64,000 nt of DNA from Vulcanimicrobiota bacterium. GTDB lineage: Bacteria; Vulcanimicrobiota; Vulcanimicrobiia; Vulcanimicrobiales; Vulcanimicrobiaceae. Positions within the stretch are counted from its first letter, which is position 1. Each line of letters opens with the position of its first letter. Made by a program: the position numbers and the translations under genes. Location of the stretch: contig CAWETW010000002.1 of the NCBI GenBank assembly GCA_963812155.1, positions 352,001 through 416,000 of the forward strand. The letters run 5' to 3'. The notes under the pieces were generated by a model that worked only from the letters and a program-made list of their open reading frames with translations, was not told where the DNA came from and did not search any database. Below are positions 38,490 through 48,055 of this stretch, in pieces.

Positions 38490-39194
38490 CTAAATTTCCG
38501 GCGCAATGTACGTATAGCGATATTTTGCCTGCAACACCGCGATGGTCGCCACCATTGCGGGCACCACGAGGGCGCCGGGAATCAAATGCGTCAGCATGTC
38601 GTCGGCGACGTCGTCGGCGGACATTCCCGCTGGAGCGAAGCCCTTTTTTACGATGCCGCGCGCCTGCTCTTCGGTGGCGGTGTGGCAGTTGAGGTAGATC
38701 AGGCCGCGACGCTGCAGCGTTGCGATCGACGTATCTTGGTACGTGCCCTTATCGTCGTCCGGGTTTGCATTTTCGTCGAACGGGGCGCGCGCCGCAACGA
38801 ACGTGTTGGTTTGCAATACCGCACCGGCAGCATCGGTGAGATTGAAGTACTCGCCGATCCGGTATTTTTTCCAGACGTAGTCCGTGTAGCCGTACGCCGC
38901 AGATGGTCCGTGTGCGGCGAACGCGACGGCGATTCTTCCGGATGGGTATCCGAAACCGAACTGCAGGCCGTTGAACGAATTCTTCACGTTGTTCCACATC
39001 GTCGGCCGGAACGCCACCGACTCGTACAGTTGGCGAATGTCCGCGTCGCGGCCAACAGCCGCGTCGAACGCCGCCTCGTCGAAGTCCGCCCGGCGTTCGA
39101 CGAATCGAGTGCCGCCGGGGACGCCTTGGGCGCCGGCAGTGCCCCCCGCGGCCATCGCGATCGCCGCCGCCGACAAAAAGGTAGTGCGGTTCAT
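38490..39194 (-). CDS. Exported DsrE-like protein with degenerate Tat signal
   Basis: MNRTTFL signal; SIATLQRRGLIYLNCHTA and LIPGALVVPAMVATIAVLQ...YTY DsrE-like motifs with a single Cys. Confidence 0.65.
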   Translation of the reverse strand: MNRTTFLSAAAIAMAAGGTAGAQGVPGGTRFVERRADFDEAAFDAAVGRDADIRQLYESVAFRPTMWNNVKNSFNGLQFGFGYPSGRIAVAFAAHGPSAAYGYTDYVWKKYRIGEYFNLTDAAGAVLQTNTFVAARAPFDENANPDDDKGTYQDTSIATLQRRGLIYLNCHTATEEQARGIVKKGFAPAGMSADDVADDMLTHLIPGALVVPAMVATIAVLQAKYRYTYIAPEI

Positions 39195-39308
39195 GCTCCC
39201 CAGTTCCTCGTTTTATTAACTAAAGTCATTTGTTCTCCACGCCCGCGCCAGTTTCCCGCGCGGCGCGCGCTCTAGGACCCCTCCCCCGGCAGGTCAAAGG
39301 GCTCCTCC

Positions 39309-40187
39309 ATGGACGGATTCGAGGTAGACCCGACGCGCGCAACCTCACTCGACGTCGGGCGGCGATCGTTCGTCGGCATCGCGGCGGCCGCCACCGCGGG
39401 CATCGGCAGCGTCGCCCGCGGGCTCGCGCAGGCGCTCCCGGCGATGGGACAAACCCACGCGCCGCTGGTCCCCGAAGACGATCCAAGCATCGTCACCGAC
39501 CGTCCCACGCTTACCGTCGACGGCTCGACCGTCGCGTCGTATGCCGCGTGGCCGAAGCAGGCCGATGCAAGAACGCCGTCGGTCGTCGTCGTCATGCACA
39601 TATGGGGCGTCGACACCTCGATACGCGACGTGGTGCGCCGCTTCGCAGACGCCGGTTTCGCTGCGATCGCGCCGGATTTGTACGCGCGCCACAACGGGCC
39701 GATCGGCGACGGCAGCACCGATGTCGCAGCGTTCCGTCCATACGCAAAGCAACTCGATCCCAAACAATACGTCGACGATTTGGGCGCGGCGGCCGGCTGG
39801 CTCGCGGCGCGCTTCCCTTCGACCAAGACCGCCATCATGGGATTCTGCATGGGCGGACACATCGCACTCGTGACCGCGGCCGCGACGGGGAAGCGTTTCG
39901 CGGCAGTCTGCCCGTTCTACGGCTCGCCGGACGGCGTCGATCCGCACGCGATCCAGATCCCGGTGTGCGGAAGCTACGGCGCGCGCGACACGAGCATTCC
40001 GGCGGCCGCAGTGCGCGCCTTCGCCGCGGCACTCACCGTTCCCAACGACATCCGTATCTACGACGAAGCCGGTCACGCGTTCTTCGACGACCAGCGCGCG
40101 TCGTACGTTGCGACGGCTGCCGCGGACGCGTGGAAACGCACCATCGCGTTCCTGCAGAAGTATTCGGTCGAGCCGGCATGCTCGTAA
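39309..40187 (+). CDS. Dienelactone hydrolase family protein with Tat signal
   Basis: GRRSFVG, AIAPDLY, GFCMGG, PFYG, AGHAF. Confidence 0.92.
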   Translation: MDGFEVDPTRATSLDVGRRSFVGIAAAATAGIGSVARGLAQALPAMGQTHAPLVPEDDPSIVTDRPTLTVDGSTVASYAAWPKQADARTPSVVVVMHIWGVDTSIRDVVRRFADAGFAAIAPDLYARHNGPIGDGSTDVAAFRPYAKQLDPKQYVDDLGAAAGWLAARFPSTKTAIMGFCMGGHIALVTAAATGKRFAAVCPFYGSPDGVDPHAIQIPVCGSYGARDTSIPAAAVRAFAAALTVPNDIRIYDEAGHAFFDDQRASYVATAAADAWKRTIAFLQKYSVEPACS

Positions 40188-41410
40188 CCGTCACGCCCAT
40201 CCTCCTCGCCGCGTTTGGAATAGGCGCCGTCGCCGGCGCAATCGCTGCGTGGCTCTTTTCGCGCGCCGAGATCAGCGGTTTGCGCGCGACGCTGGCCGAG
40301 TCCGCGGGGTCGCAGGAGCATGCGATCGAAGCGCTTCTCGAACGCGCCAAGAACGAACTGCGCGATGCAACGGCGCATCGCGCGAGCGAGCGCGTCGGCG
40401 AACTCGTCGCGCCCGTAGCGCAGAAGCTGCACGAGTTCGATCGGCTTCTGCAAGAGCTCGAGGCGAGGCGCCAGCACGAAAGCGGCAGCCTGCGCGCGCA
40501 GATCGACAATCTGCTCGGACGAGCCGAAAAGCTCGAGAACGCGACGACGAGCCTGACGACGCAGACGTCCACGCTCGTGACCGCGTTGCGCAATCCGGCG
40601 TCCCGCGGCAAATGGGGCGAAATGCAGTTGCGCAACGTCGTCGAGAAGGCCGGGATGCTGCCGTACTGCGACTTCTCCGAGCAGCAGACCGTCGCGCTCG
40701 AAGAGGCGCGCGGCCGTCCCGACATGACGGTCAATCTTCCCGGCGAGCGATTCGTGTTTGTGGACGCCAAGGCACCGACCGATTCGATGCAGGCGGCGCT
40801 CGAAGCGTCCGACGACGAGTCGCGGCGCCGGCTGGTGAAGCAACACGCGCGCGCCTTACGGGATCATGCCGACGCGCTGGCGCGGCGCGGATATCAGACC
40901 GCGAAAGGGTCGGCCGACTACGTCGTAATGTTCGTGCCGGGCGAAGCTTTCTTGAACGCCGCCTGTTCCGAGGACCCGGGCTTCATCGAATACGCGCTCG
41001 ACAAAAACGTTCTGGTCGCGGGACCGCTCTCGCTTATCGGCCTGCTGCGTACGTTCGCAATGGGTTGGCAAGCGCTGCGCCAGGAAGAGAACGCTAAACG
41101 CATCGCCAGCATCGGCAAAGTGCTCTACGAACGCGCGCTGAAATTCTCGGAGCACCTGCTCGAACTGCGGCGAGCGCTCGAAAAATCCGTCAATGCCTTC
41201 AACGGCGCGGTCGGATCGTACGAAACGAAACTCTTGCCGCAGGGCCGGCGCCTGAAAGACGAAGCTTCATTGGCGGGCGACGATCTTTTCGAGATCCCGC
41301 CGATCGACGTCGTGCCTCGCGAGGTTACCGCAATCGACACCGGTCAGTCCCCAAAGCGAATACCGCGTTCGCAGCAGCTCTTTGCCAACGACGACGCCAG
41401 CGGCCTATAG
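40178..41410 (+). CDS. rmuC: DNA recombination protein RmuC
   Basis: N-terminal TM, coiled coil, RGKWGEMQL, RPD...VDAK, VMFVPGE. Confidence 0.93.
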   Translation: MLVTVTPILLAAFGIGAVAGAIAAWLFSRAEISGLRATLAESAGSQEHAIEALLERAKNELRDATAHRASERVGELVAPVAQKLHEFDRLLQELEARRQHESGSLRAQIDNLLGRAEKLENATTSLTTQTSTLVTALRNPASRGKWGEMQLRNVVEKAGMLPYCDFSEQQTVALEEARGRPDMTVNLPGERFVFVDAKAPTDSMQAALEASDDESRRRLVKQHARALRDHADALARRGYQTAKGSADYVVMFVPGEAFLNAACSEDPGFIEYALDKNVLVAGPLSLIGLLRTFAMGWQALRQEENAKRIASIGKVLYERALKFSEHLLELRRALEKSVNAFNGAVGSYETKLLPQGRRLKDEASLAGDDLFEIPPIDVVPREVTAIDTGQSPKRIPRSQQLFANDDASGL

Positions 41411-41422
41411 GGAAGCGCTACG

Positions 41423-41689
41423 TTATCCCTGATCGGGTAGCCGTTCTCCGATCAACTCCCGTATCTTGGCGTTGATCGTCTCACATTTCAGAAAAAACGG
41501 TGCTTTCGTACAGGTGACGGTTAACGAGCGATCGCCGGCATCGTAGCGCCAGTCGATCGTAAAGCCGGCCTTCGAAAGCGTTCCGGCGTCGGAGTTCAGC
41601 GCGATTCCCTCTCGAACGGCGTCGGCTTTCATGGCTTCCCACGTTGCTCGTGAGACTTCCGGAAATACTTGCGGAGGACACGCTGCCAT
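41423..41689 (-). CDS. Small hypothetical protein (88 aa, three Cys)
   Basis: Coding-like ORF with GAG SD, fills the gap between neighbours. Confidence 0.65.
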   Translation of the reverse strand: MAACPPQVFPEVSRATWEAMKADAVREGIALNSDAGTLSKAGFTIDWRYDAGDRSLTVTCTKAPFFLKCETINAKIRELIGERLPDQG

Positions 41690-41704
41690 TGCTCAACTCT
41701 CCAT

Positions 41705-42235
41705 CTACGGCCAGTCGGTGCCGTTGGTGAACTCGACCCGCGTGACCGCAAAGACGACGCCGGCCGCGTGAAGCAGCGGGGCGGCCGCGACGGCTTGCTG
41801 CAACGTCGTGCAGTTATCTCCGTATCCGCGGTGACCGACACCGTCTTGCCATGCTTTGAGATCGCTCCAGCCATGGATGTCGATGCCAGACGTAAACTCC
41901 CCGCGACGGTCGAGTTGCAACGTCGCCAGCTCGCGTCCGCGCGCGCCTTCGAGCGAGAAATCGAAGACGACGCGGCGGGCGGTCGTTGTGCCGGTGTTCT
42001 TAAAAGAGACGCAGACGATAGCGCCTTTCCCGTCGCGTTTCACGGCGGCGAATCCGCCGAGAACCGCAATCGGCCCCGACGTTGCGCCGAGCGCCGCCGC
42101 TGCAAAATCGAGCGACCGGTACGGATTCGGAGTCGGCGACGGAGAGGGTGAGGGCGAGGGCGTAGCGGCGTTACCCCTGACGCTGAGGCCAATCGCCAAA
42201 ACCGCCAGCGCAGCGAAGATCGCGCGTGACTTCAT
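41705..42235 (-). CDS. Hypothetical secreted protein
   Basis: MKSRAIF signal peptide, PSPSPSP linker, CVSFKN...NC, ends VEFTNGTDWP. Confidence 0.72.
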   Translation of the reverse strand: MKSRAIFAALAVLAIGLSVRGNAATPSPSPSPSPTPNPYRSLDFAAAALGATSGPIAVLGGFAAVKRDGKGAIVCVSFKNTGTTTARRVVFDFSLEGARGRELATLQLDRRGEFTSGIDIHGWSDLKAWQDGVGHRGYGDNCTTLQQAVAAAPLLHAAGVVFAVTRVEFTNGTDWP

Positions 42236-42405
42236 GCGCCTGCCTTTGGAACCGGCAACGCCGCCTCCTACCGCCGCGCTTTCGCTCGGCTCGTAGATGT
42301 GGCTGTCGCTCATGTGCACGAGTGCGGGTCACCGGGTGCGGAAACGGCGGGTGCGACGCCACTTTCATGCCGTTGACTATGCGCAGCCCCCGTCTTGGGT
42401 TCGCG

Positions 42406-42451
42406 AGGAAACCCCTATTTATCCCAATTCGTCGTCAGCTTGGGCCTATTT
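42406..42451. repeat. Half copy of the ~101-bp palindromic element
   Basis: AGGAA...TTTATCCCAATTCGTCGTCAGCTTGGGCCTATTT matches the left half of the 63609 copy. Confidence 0.75.
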
Positions 42452-42995
42452 GTGGTCAGTCGACCAGGCCTTGAGCGCGTTGAGCGTATTTTCCACGTGG
42501 AGCGACGGATCGAGGCTCGTATAGGTGTAGACGACGGTGCCGTCGGGCGCGATGACGTACGATGTCCGGTTGGCGTATTGCGGATGTGCGGCGAGCACGG
42601 CATCGTACGACTTTTCGACCGTTTGATCGGTATCGGCGGCAACGGGAAACTTACTGCGGCACTCGCTCACCGAGAACCGCTGCAGCGTATCCAGCTGGTC
42701 GTGCGAAACGCCGATGACCGTCGCGTTGAGCGCTTTGTACTGGTCGATCGCGTCGGCAAACTCGTGTGCTTCGATGGTGCATCCGCTCGTGAACGCGGCC
42801 GGATAGAAGTAGAGCACCACGGGGCCTTTCTTCAGCGCGTCGGCCAGCACGAAGGTGAAGACTTTCCCGCCCTGCAGTCGCCTGCAGCGTGAAGGCGGGC
42901 GCCTTCGCGCCGACGGAAAGCGACGCAATCGCGGGAAGCGCGAGCGCCGCAGCGGCGAGCGACAGGACGAGCGGGGTAGCGAGGCGGCGAATCAT
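42446..42995 (-). CDS. Peroxiredoxin (BCP/PrxQ type) with signal peptide; indel at ~42880
   Basis: MIRRLATP...ALPAIA signal, VGAKAPAFTL, LYFYPAAFTSGCTIEA, RTSYVIAPDG. Confidence 0.87.
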
Positions 42996-43070
42996 GAAAA
43001 CGTTCCTCCAGCGCCACCTACCATAGCACATCGCCGCGCCGAACGCATGAAGGCGTGTTAGGATGAACCG

Positions 43071-43523
43071 ATGGAGCCCGCGGTCCGTCCCGCGACGGTC
43101 AACATGCGAATCGTCTGGATCGTCACCTTCGTGCTGCTGATCGTCGTTGCGGGTTGCGTCGCCGCCGGCACGACGCTGGTGATGAGCCTCTTGCACGTGA
43201 TGGACCGCAGCGACGCGCACGTCTGCGCGCTGGCGGCCGCGCGTCGCAGTCCGCTCGCCGCAGGATTGCTCGGGACGCCGATTACGCAAAAGGGCCTGAC
43301 CGCCGGATCGTCGTCGTCCGATAACGGCGAGATGCACCAGCGCATCACGTTTACCGTCCAAGGACCGCGCGGAGAGGCGTTCGTCGTCTCCGAAGGCCGG
43401 CGTTCGCCGCTCGATTCGCATCTGGTCGTGCGGATGGGGCGCGATCAGCGCAGCGTCACGATCTATTCCGGACCGTTTGCCTGTCCGGAGCTGCGCGCGC
43501 GCGCGGGCGCCGTTACACCTTGA
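43071..43523 (+). CDS. Hypothetical membrane-anchored protein, Coa1-like
   Basis: N-terminal TM, LLGTPI, FTVQGPRGEA. Confidence 0.55.
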   Translation: MEPAVRPATVNMRIVWIVTFVLLIVVAGCVAAGTTLVMSLLHVMDRSDAHVCALAAARRSPLAAGLLGTPITQKGLTAGSSSSDNGEMHQRITFTVQGPRGEAFVVSEGRRSPLDSHLVVRMGRDQRSVTIYSGPFACPELRARAGAVTP

Positions 43524-44055
43524 AGCGCACGTCGCCGAACTGGTTTGGGTCGTAGTTCGCATCGCCGGGCGGGCGCGGAACGTCTTTCCACCACACGCTG
43601 TACATCGCCAGCCATTCGAAGTTCTCGAAGAGATACGGGTTTGCGCGCACCCGCCGGAGTTTCTGCACGAACGGCAGCACGGTGTTCCAACGCGCGCGCA
43701 GCATGAATCCAACCGCGTCGACGATCAGCGAAACGTCGAGCACGCGACGCCGAGCCAGCGTTGCAACCGTTTCGACGTATTGAGCGACGATGAGCAGCGC
43801 GTTATCGTCGTTCGATCCTTCGAAATTATTGCGCACCGATTCGTCGTCGGGATAGCGGTCGGCGATGTCTTCGAGTTGGGCGAAGGCCGCAACGATCTGC
43901 GGATCGGTCAGCTGCCCGATCGCCTCGAGAATTGCCAGCGCGTTGCGTTCGTGCTCGATCTGCTTGTTCTGCCGTGCGAGCAGAAAGGTTGAAAATCCGA
44001 GTGCGACGAGCGAAACCACGATCGACGCACCCGTCAGAATGAGGTCGCTGTTCAA
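43513..44055 (-). CDS. DUF4760-like protein
   Basis: TTG start overlapping upstream stop, N-terminal TM, YVETVATL, LFENFEWLA. Confidence 0.6.
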   Translation of the reverse strand: MNSDLILTGASIVVSLVALGFSTFLLARQNKQIEHERNALAILEAIGQLTDPQIVAAFAQLEDIADRYPDDESVRNNFEGSNDDNALLIVAQYVETVATLARRRVLDVSLIVDAVGFMLRARWNTVLPFVQKLRRVRANPYLFENFEWLAMYSVWWKDVPRPPGDANYDPNQFGDVRFKV

Positions 44056-45200
44056 AGCCCCATCAGTCGGGCGAGCACGACGCGCTGCACTTCGTTCGTT
44101 CCTTCGCCGATCTCGTTGATCTTTTGATCGCGGTACATGCGCGAAATCGGATACTCGTCCATGAACCCGTACCCGCCGTGCACTTGGAGCGCCTCGTTGA
44201 CCACGCGGTGGGAGAGTTCGCCGGCAAACAGCTTGGCGAAGCATGCCGACTGCACGTAGTCGCGCCCTTGGTCTTTCTCCCAAGCCGCCCGCAGCATCAT
44301 GAGGCGCGCGTGCTCGATCTCGGTGAGCATGTCGACGAGTTTGAACGAGATCGCCTGAAATTTGCTGATCGGGCGCCCGAAGGCGTACCGTTCCTTGGAG
44401 TATTTGAGCGCTTCGTCGTAGGCTCCCAGCGACAACCCGATGGAGAGCGCGGCGACCGAAATGCGGCCGCCGTCGAGCGTCGTCAGGAACTGACGGTATC
44501 CTTCGCCGCGCGGTCCGAGCAGGTTCTCCTCGGGCACGGGTGCGTCAGCGAAAGAGAGCTCGCGCGTATCGGAAGCACGCCAACCCATCTTCTGATACTT
44601 CTTACTGCGCGTGAACCCGGGAGTGGACTGCGGGACGATGAGATTGGAGATCTCCGGCTTGCCGTCGGGGCGCGTTCCGGTGACGGCCGTAATCGTCGTC
44701 CCGCCGCTGATGTCGGTCCCCGAGTTGGTAATGAACGCCTTCGTGCCGTTGACGATCCAGTTACCGTCTTTGAGCACCGCTTTGGTCGAGACGTTGCCCG
44801 CGTCGCTTCCGGCGTTGGGTTCGGTCAACCCGAATCCCCAGAGCATCTTGCCCTGCGCGAGCGGCACGAGATAGCGCTCCTTCTGTTCCCGAGTGCCGAA
44901 GAGGTAGAACGGCGTCGCGCCGAGCGAGACGTGCGCGGCCATCGTGATCGCGGTCGACGCATCGGCGCGCGCAATCTCCATGACCGCGAGCGCGTAACTG
45001 ACCGTGTCGCCGCCCGCTCCACCGTACTCCTCGGGAAACGGCAGGCCCATGAACCCCAACTCGCCCATTTTCGCAACCAGCTCGTAGGGGAAGGCCGCGT
45101 CGTGGTCCATCTTCTCGGCGCGCGGCTTGACCTCGTGCTCGGCGAACTCGCGGGCCAGGCTCGCAATCGCCCGCTGCTCGTCGGTCAGATCGAAGTTCAT
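44052..45200 (-). CDS. Acyl-CoA dehydrogenase
   Basis: GLTEPNAGSDA, NGTKAFITN, LDGGRI, QVHGGYG, EIGEGTNEVQR. Confidence 0.96.
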   Translation of the reverse strand: MNFDLTDEQRAIASLAREFAEHEVKPRAEKMDHDAAFPYELVAKMGELGFMGLPFPEEYGGAGGDTVSYALAVMEIARADASTAITMAAHVSLGATPFYLFGTREQKERYLVPLAQGKMLWGFGLTEPNAGSDAGNVSTKAVLKDGNWIVNGTKAFITNSGTDISGGTTITAVTGTRPDGKPEISNLIVPQSTPGFTRSKKYQKMGWRASDTRELSFADAPVPEENLLGPRGEGYRQFLTTLDGGRISVAALSIGLSLGAYDEALKYSKERYAFGRPISKFQAISFKLVDMLTEIEHARLMMLRAAWEKDQGRDYVQSACFAKLFAGELSHRVVNEALQVHGGYGFMDEYPISRMYRDQKINEIGEGTNEVQRVVLARLMGL

Positions 45201-45245
45201 GGCAGAGGTATAGGCCCCATGCCGAGGAAAACTCCTCTCGCCGCG

Positions 45246-45956
45246 ATGATATCCCTGCGCAGCGTTTCACTGGTCTACCCGAACGGCGTGCACGCCCTCG
45301 ACAACGTGAACCTCGAAATCGCAAAAGGCGAGTTCGTTTTTCTCGTCGGTCATTCGGGAACCGGAAAATCGAGCTTGCTCCGCCTGCTCTATCGCGAAGC
45401 GCGACCGACGTCGGGTGAGATCACGGTCGACGGCATCCGCGTCGACCGGCTGCGGCGGGTACGAATCCCCGCGCTGCGCCGTCACCTCGGCGTCGTCTTC
45501 CAAGATTTCAAGCTGCTCGTCGACAAAACGGTCTGGGAAAACGTGGCGTTCGCGATGCAGGTCACCGGCGCGCACACGCGCGACATCAAGCGCCAAGTTC
45601 CGCGCGTCCTCGATCTCGTCGGTCTCTCGCATAAGAGCCGCATGTATCCCAACGAGCTCTCGGGCGGCGAACAACAGCGTAGCGCGATCGCGCGCGCGCT
45701 CGTGAACAATCCCAAGATTCTGCTCTGCGACGAACCGACCGGAAATCTCGACCCGTCGACGACGTCGGAGATCATGGAACTGCTTCACCGCATCAATCTC
45801 AAGGGCACCACCGTGGTCGTCGCAACGCACAATCAAGCCGTCGTCGATCGCATGCGGCGGCGCGTCATCCGGCTCGACGACGGTCGCATCACCACCGACG
45901 AAGAACGAGGATATTACTATCTTGGACTGGGGCAGGGTCAAGTTCTTTCTGGGTGA
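45246..45956 (+). CDS. ftsE: Cell division ATP-binding protein FtsE
   Basis: GHSGTGKS, GVVFQDFKLL, LSGGEQQR, DEPTGNLD; precedes ftsX. Confidence 0.95.
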   Translation: MISLRSVSLVYPNGVHALDNVNLEIAKGEFVFLVGHSGTGKSSLLRLLYREARPTSGEITVDGIRVDRLRRVRIPALRRHLGVVFQDFKLLVDKTVWENVAFAMQVTGAHTRDIKRQVPRVLDLVGLSHKSRMYPNELSGGEQQRSAIARALVNNPKILLCDEPTGNLDPSTTSEIMELLHRINLKGTTVVVATHNQAVVDRMRRRVIRLDDGRITTDEERGYYYLGLGQGQVLSG

Positions 45957-46803
45957 GGTGCTGCGCAACTTTACGCGCAACGCCGGCATGCAAGTAACCG
46001 CGATCGGCACGGTCGCAATTACGATCGTCCTGCTGGGACTCTTCCTCTTCGTGCGAGCCGCGCTGGCAGGCGTCGGCGCGCACCTGCTCGATCAAATCGA
46101 AATTTCCGCGTACTTGAAGCAAGACGCCGGCCCGGCACAGGTACGTTCGATCCGCCGGTTCTTCACCGAAGATCCGCGCATCGCGTCCGCCGAGTTCGTT
46201 TCGAGGAAGCAAGGTTTGACGGAGCTGCGCGAGCGCACGAAGGGCGTCATCGACACGGCGCTCCTCACCGAAAATCCGCTTCCCGACAAGTTCCGCATCA
46301 AAGTGCGCGTCCCCGAGGAAGTGCCCGCCGTTGCCGCCGGCGTCCGGCGGCTCGCCGGCATCGACAACGTGGTCTACGGACAAACCGTGGTTCAACGCCT
46401 GCTCAAGCTCGGCGACGTGCTGCGCCGCATCGGCATCGGCGTGATCGCCGTCTTCCTCCTCGTCGCCGGCATGATCATTTCGAATACGATTCGCCTGACC
46501 GTCTTCGCGCGCCGGCGCGAGATTGCGATCATGCAACTCGTCGGCGCGACGAACTTATACATCCGCATTCCGTTTATTTGCGAGGGACTTCTCGACGGGT
46601 TGGTGGGCGCGCTCATCGCCGTCGGCTTGCTCTGGATCGCCCGCGCCACGATTTGGCCGAGGCTGCTCGAAGCGCTGCCGTGGATTCAACTGAACGTCGT
46701 CAGGGTCGGAGCGGGTCCGCTGGTCGCCGAACTCTTCGTCGTGGGCTGCGCGGTCGGCGTCGTCGCGTCCTGGATCTCCGTTGGCCGGCACCTCCATACG
46801 TAG
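45922..46803 (+). CDS. ftsX: Cell division permease FtsX
   Basis: ENPLP, ISNTIRLTVFARRREIAIMQLVGAT, PFICEG. Confidence 0.95.
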   Translation: MDWGRVKFFLGEVLRNFTRNAGMQVTAIGTVAITIVLLGLFLFVRAALAGVGAHLLDQIEISAYLKQDAGPAQVRSIRRFFTEDPRIASAEFVSRKQGLTELRERTKGVIDTALLTENPLPDKFRIKVRVPEEVPAVAAGVRRLAGIDNVVYGQTVVQRLLKLGDVLRRIGIGVIAVFLLVAGMIISNTIRLTVFARRREIAIMQLVGATNLYIRIPFICEGLLDGLVGALIAVGLLWIARATIWPRLLEALPWIQLNVVRVGAGPLVAELFVVGCAVGVVASWISVGRHLHT

Positions 46804-47989
46804 CCGGTGGCGCCCGGCCGCCGCGTGCGGCCTGCTGCTCGCACTAGTGCCCGCGCTGGCCGCGAGCAATTCGCAGACGATCCAACAGCGCATCGACGCC
46901 CAACGGGCGAAGGCGGCGAAAATTCAATCCGCGCTGCACGTCAAGCGCGCGCAGCTTCACGCCGTGACGGCGCGCTACAACGACTTACAAGCGCAGCTCG
47001 GCGAAACGAACGACGCGATTGCGGGCGTGACCGCGCACATCGGGAGCCTCAACGCCCAAACGGCTTCCACTCAGCGCCGGATCGATTGGAATACCGTACA
47101 ACTCGACGCCGCGCGCGCATCGCTCAAACGCCAAGACGACGCCTTGCACCGGCGGCTGGTCGATATCTACGAAAATGGCGACCTCGGCTACATCAACGTT
47201 TTGATGTCCGCGCAGTCATTCAGCGATTTCGTCGAGCGTTGGGAAGATTTACGCCGCCTGATCGCAGCCAATCAACGCACCGTGCGCGCCCGCAAGCAAG
47301 CCGAACGGCGCGTTGCTTCGGTCGAAGCGGCGCTCGAAGCCACGCGGTTGCAGCTGCAGCAAGAACAGCAGGCGCAAGTCGAAGCGCGCAATCAGCTCGG
47401 CACGCTCGCGGCCGAACGGCAAAACCTGGTGAATCTCACCGGCGCGCAGCGGCACGCCGTCGCGACGCAGGTCGCGCAGATGGAGGACCTCTCCGCGGCG
47501 GAAGAGTCGCAGCTCGAGGCCCTCATTCAAGAGCGGCAGCGAGAGCTCGCGGCAGCCCGCCGGGCGGCCGGGATCACGGGCGGTGTGGAACCCTCGGGCG
47601 GGCACGGCAGCTTCTCGTGGCCGGTCACGGGAACGATCACCTCGCCCTTCGGCTGGCGTTCCAATCCGTTCGGGGGGTCGCCCGAGTTCCACCAAGGGCT
47701 CGACATCGCCGCACCCACGGGAACCGCCGTAACGGCGGCGGCCGGTGGAACCGTTATTATGGCGCAATGGTACGGGGGGTACGGCAACTACGTGTTGATC
47801 GATCACGGCGGAGGCTACTCGACGGGATACGGGCATCTTTCGGCGATCTACGTCTCCAACGGCCAAAGCGTGAAGCGGGGACAAGCGATCGGCGCCGTCG
47901 GGTCGACCGGCGCGTCGACCGGGCCGCACCTCCATTTTGAAGTAAGAATTGATGGAAAACCCGTAGACCCCGCCCCCCGCCTCCATTAA
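46781..47989 (+). CDS. Coiled-coil M23 peptidase (EnvC/CwlO-like FtsEX partner)
   Basis: Signal peptide, long coiled coil, HQGLD, YGHLS, STGPHLHFEV. Confidence 0.9.
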   Translation: MAGTSIRSRWRPAAACGLLLALVPALAASNSQTIQQRIDAQRAKAAKIQSALHVKRAQLHAVTARYNDLQAQLGETNDAIAGVTAHIGSLNAQTASTQRRIDWNTVQLDAARASLKRQDDALHRRLVDIYENGDLGYINVLMSAQSFSDFVERWEDLRRLIAANQRTVRARKQAERRVASVEAALEATRLQLQQEQQAQVEARNQLGTLAAERQNLVNLTGAQRHAVATQVAQMEDLSAAEESQLEALIQERQRELAAARRAAGITGGVEPSGGHGSFSWPVTGTITSPFGWRSNPFGGSPEFHQGLDIAAPTGTAVTAAAGGTVIMAQWYGGYGNYVLIDHGGGYSTGYGHLSAIYVSNGQSVKRGQAIGAVGSTGASTGPHLHFEVRIDGKPVDPAPRLH

Positions 47990-48055
47990 GACTTAGCGAG
48001 TATCCTCCGTTGGAAGAAACCTCTACCTGGGTACGCCAGGTAGTGGAAAGGACGT

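Noticed and set aside
39230..41410. 726-aa ORF as an N-terminally extended RmuC
   Set aside because: The first ~315 aa are an out-of-frame shadow of the dienelactone hydrolase; RmuC starts at ATG 40178
42171..42368. 65-aa ORF as a leader peptide, or a riboswitch upstream of the 41705-42235 gene
   Set aside because: No recognisable riboswitch motif; Arg-rich composition fits a non-coding GC-rich frame
44124..45956. 610-aa ORF as an FtsE fusion
   Set aside because: The N-terminal part is antisense to the acyl-CoA dehydrogenase; FtsE begins near 45246
48023..48043. Hairpin CTACCTGG/CCAGGTAG before the first S41 gene
   Set aside because: Single short stem with no U-tract or second copy; function cannot be supported
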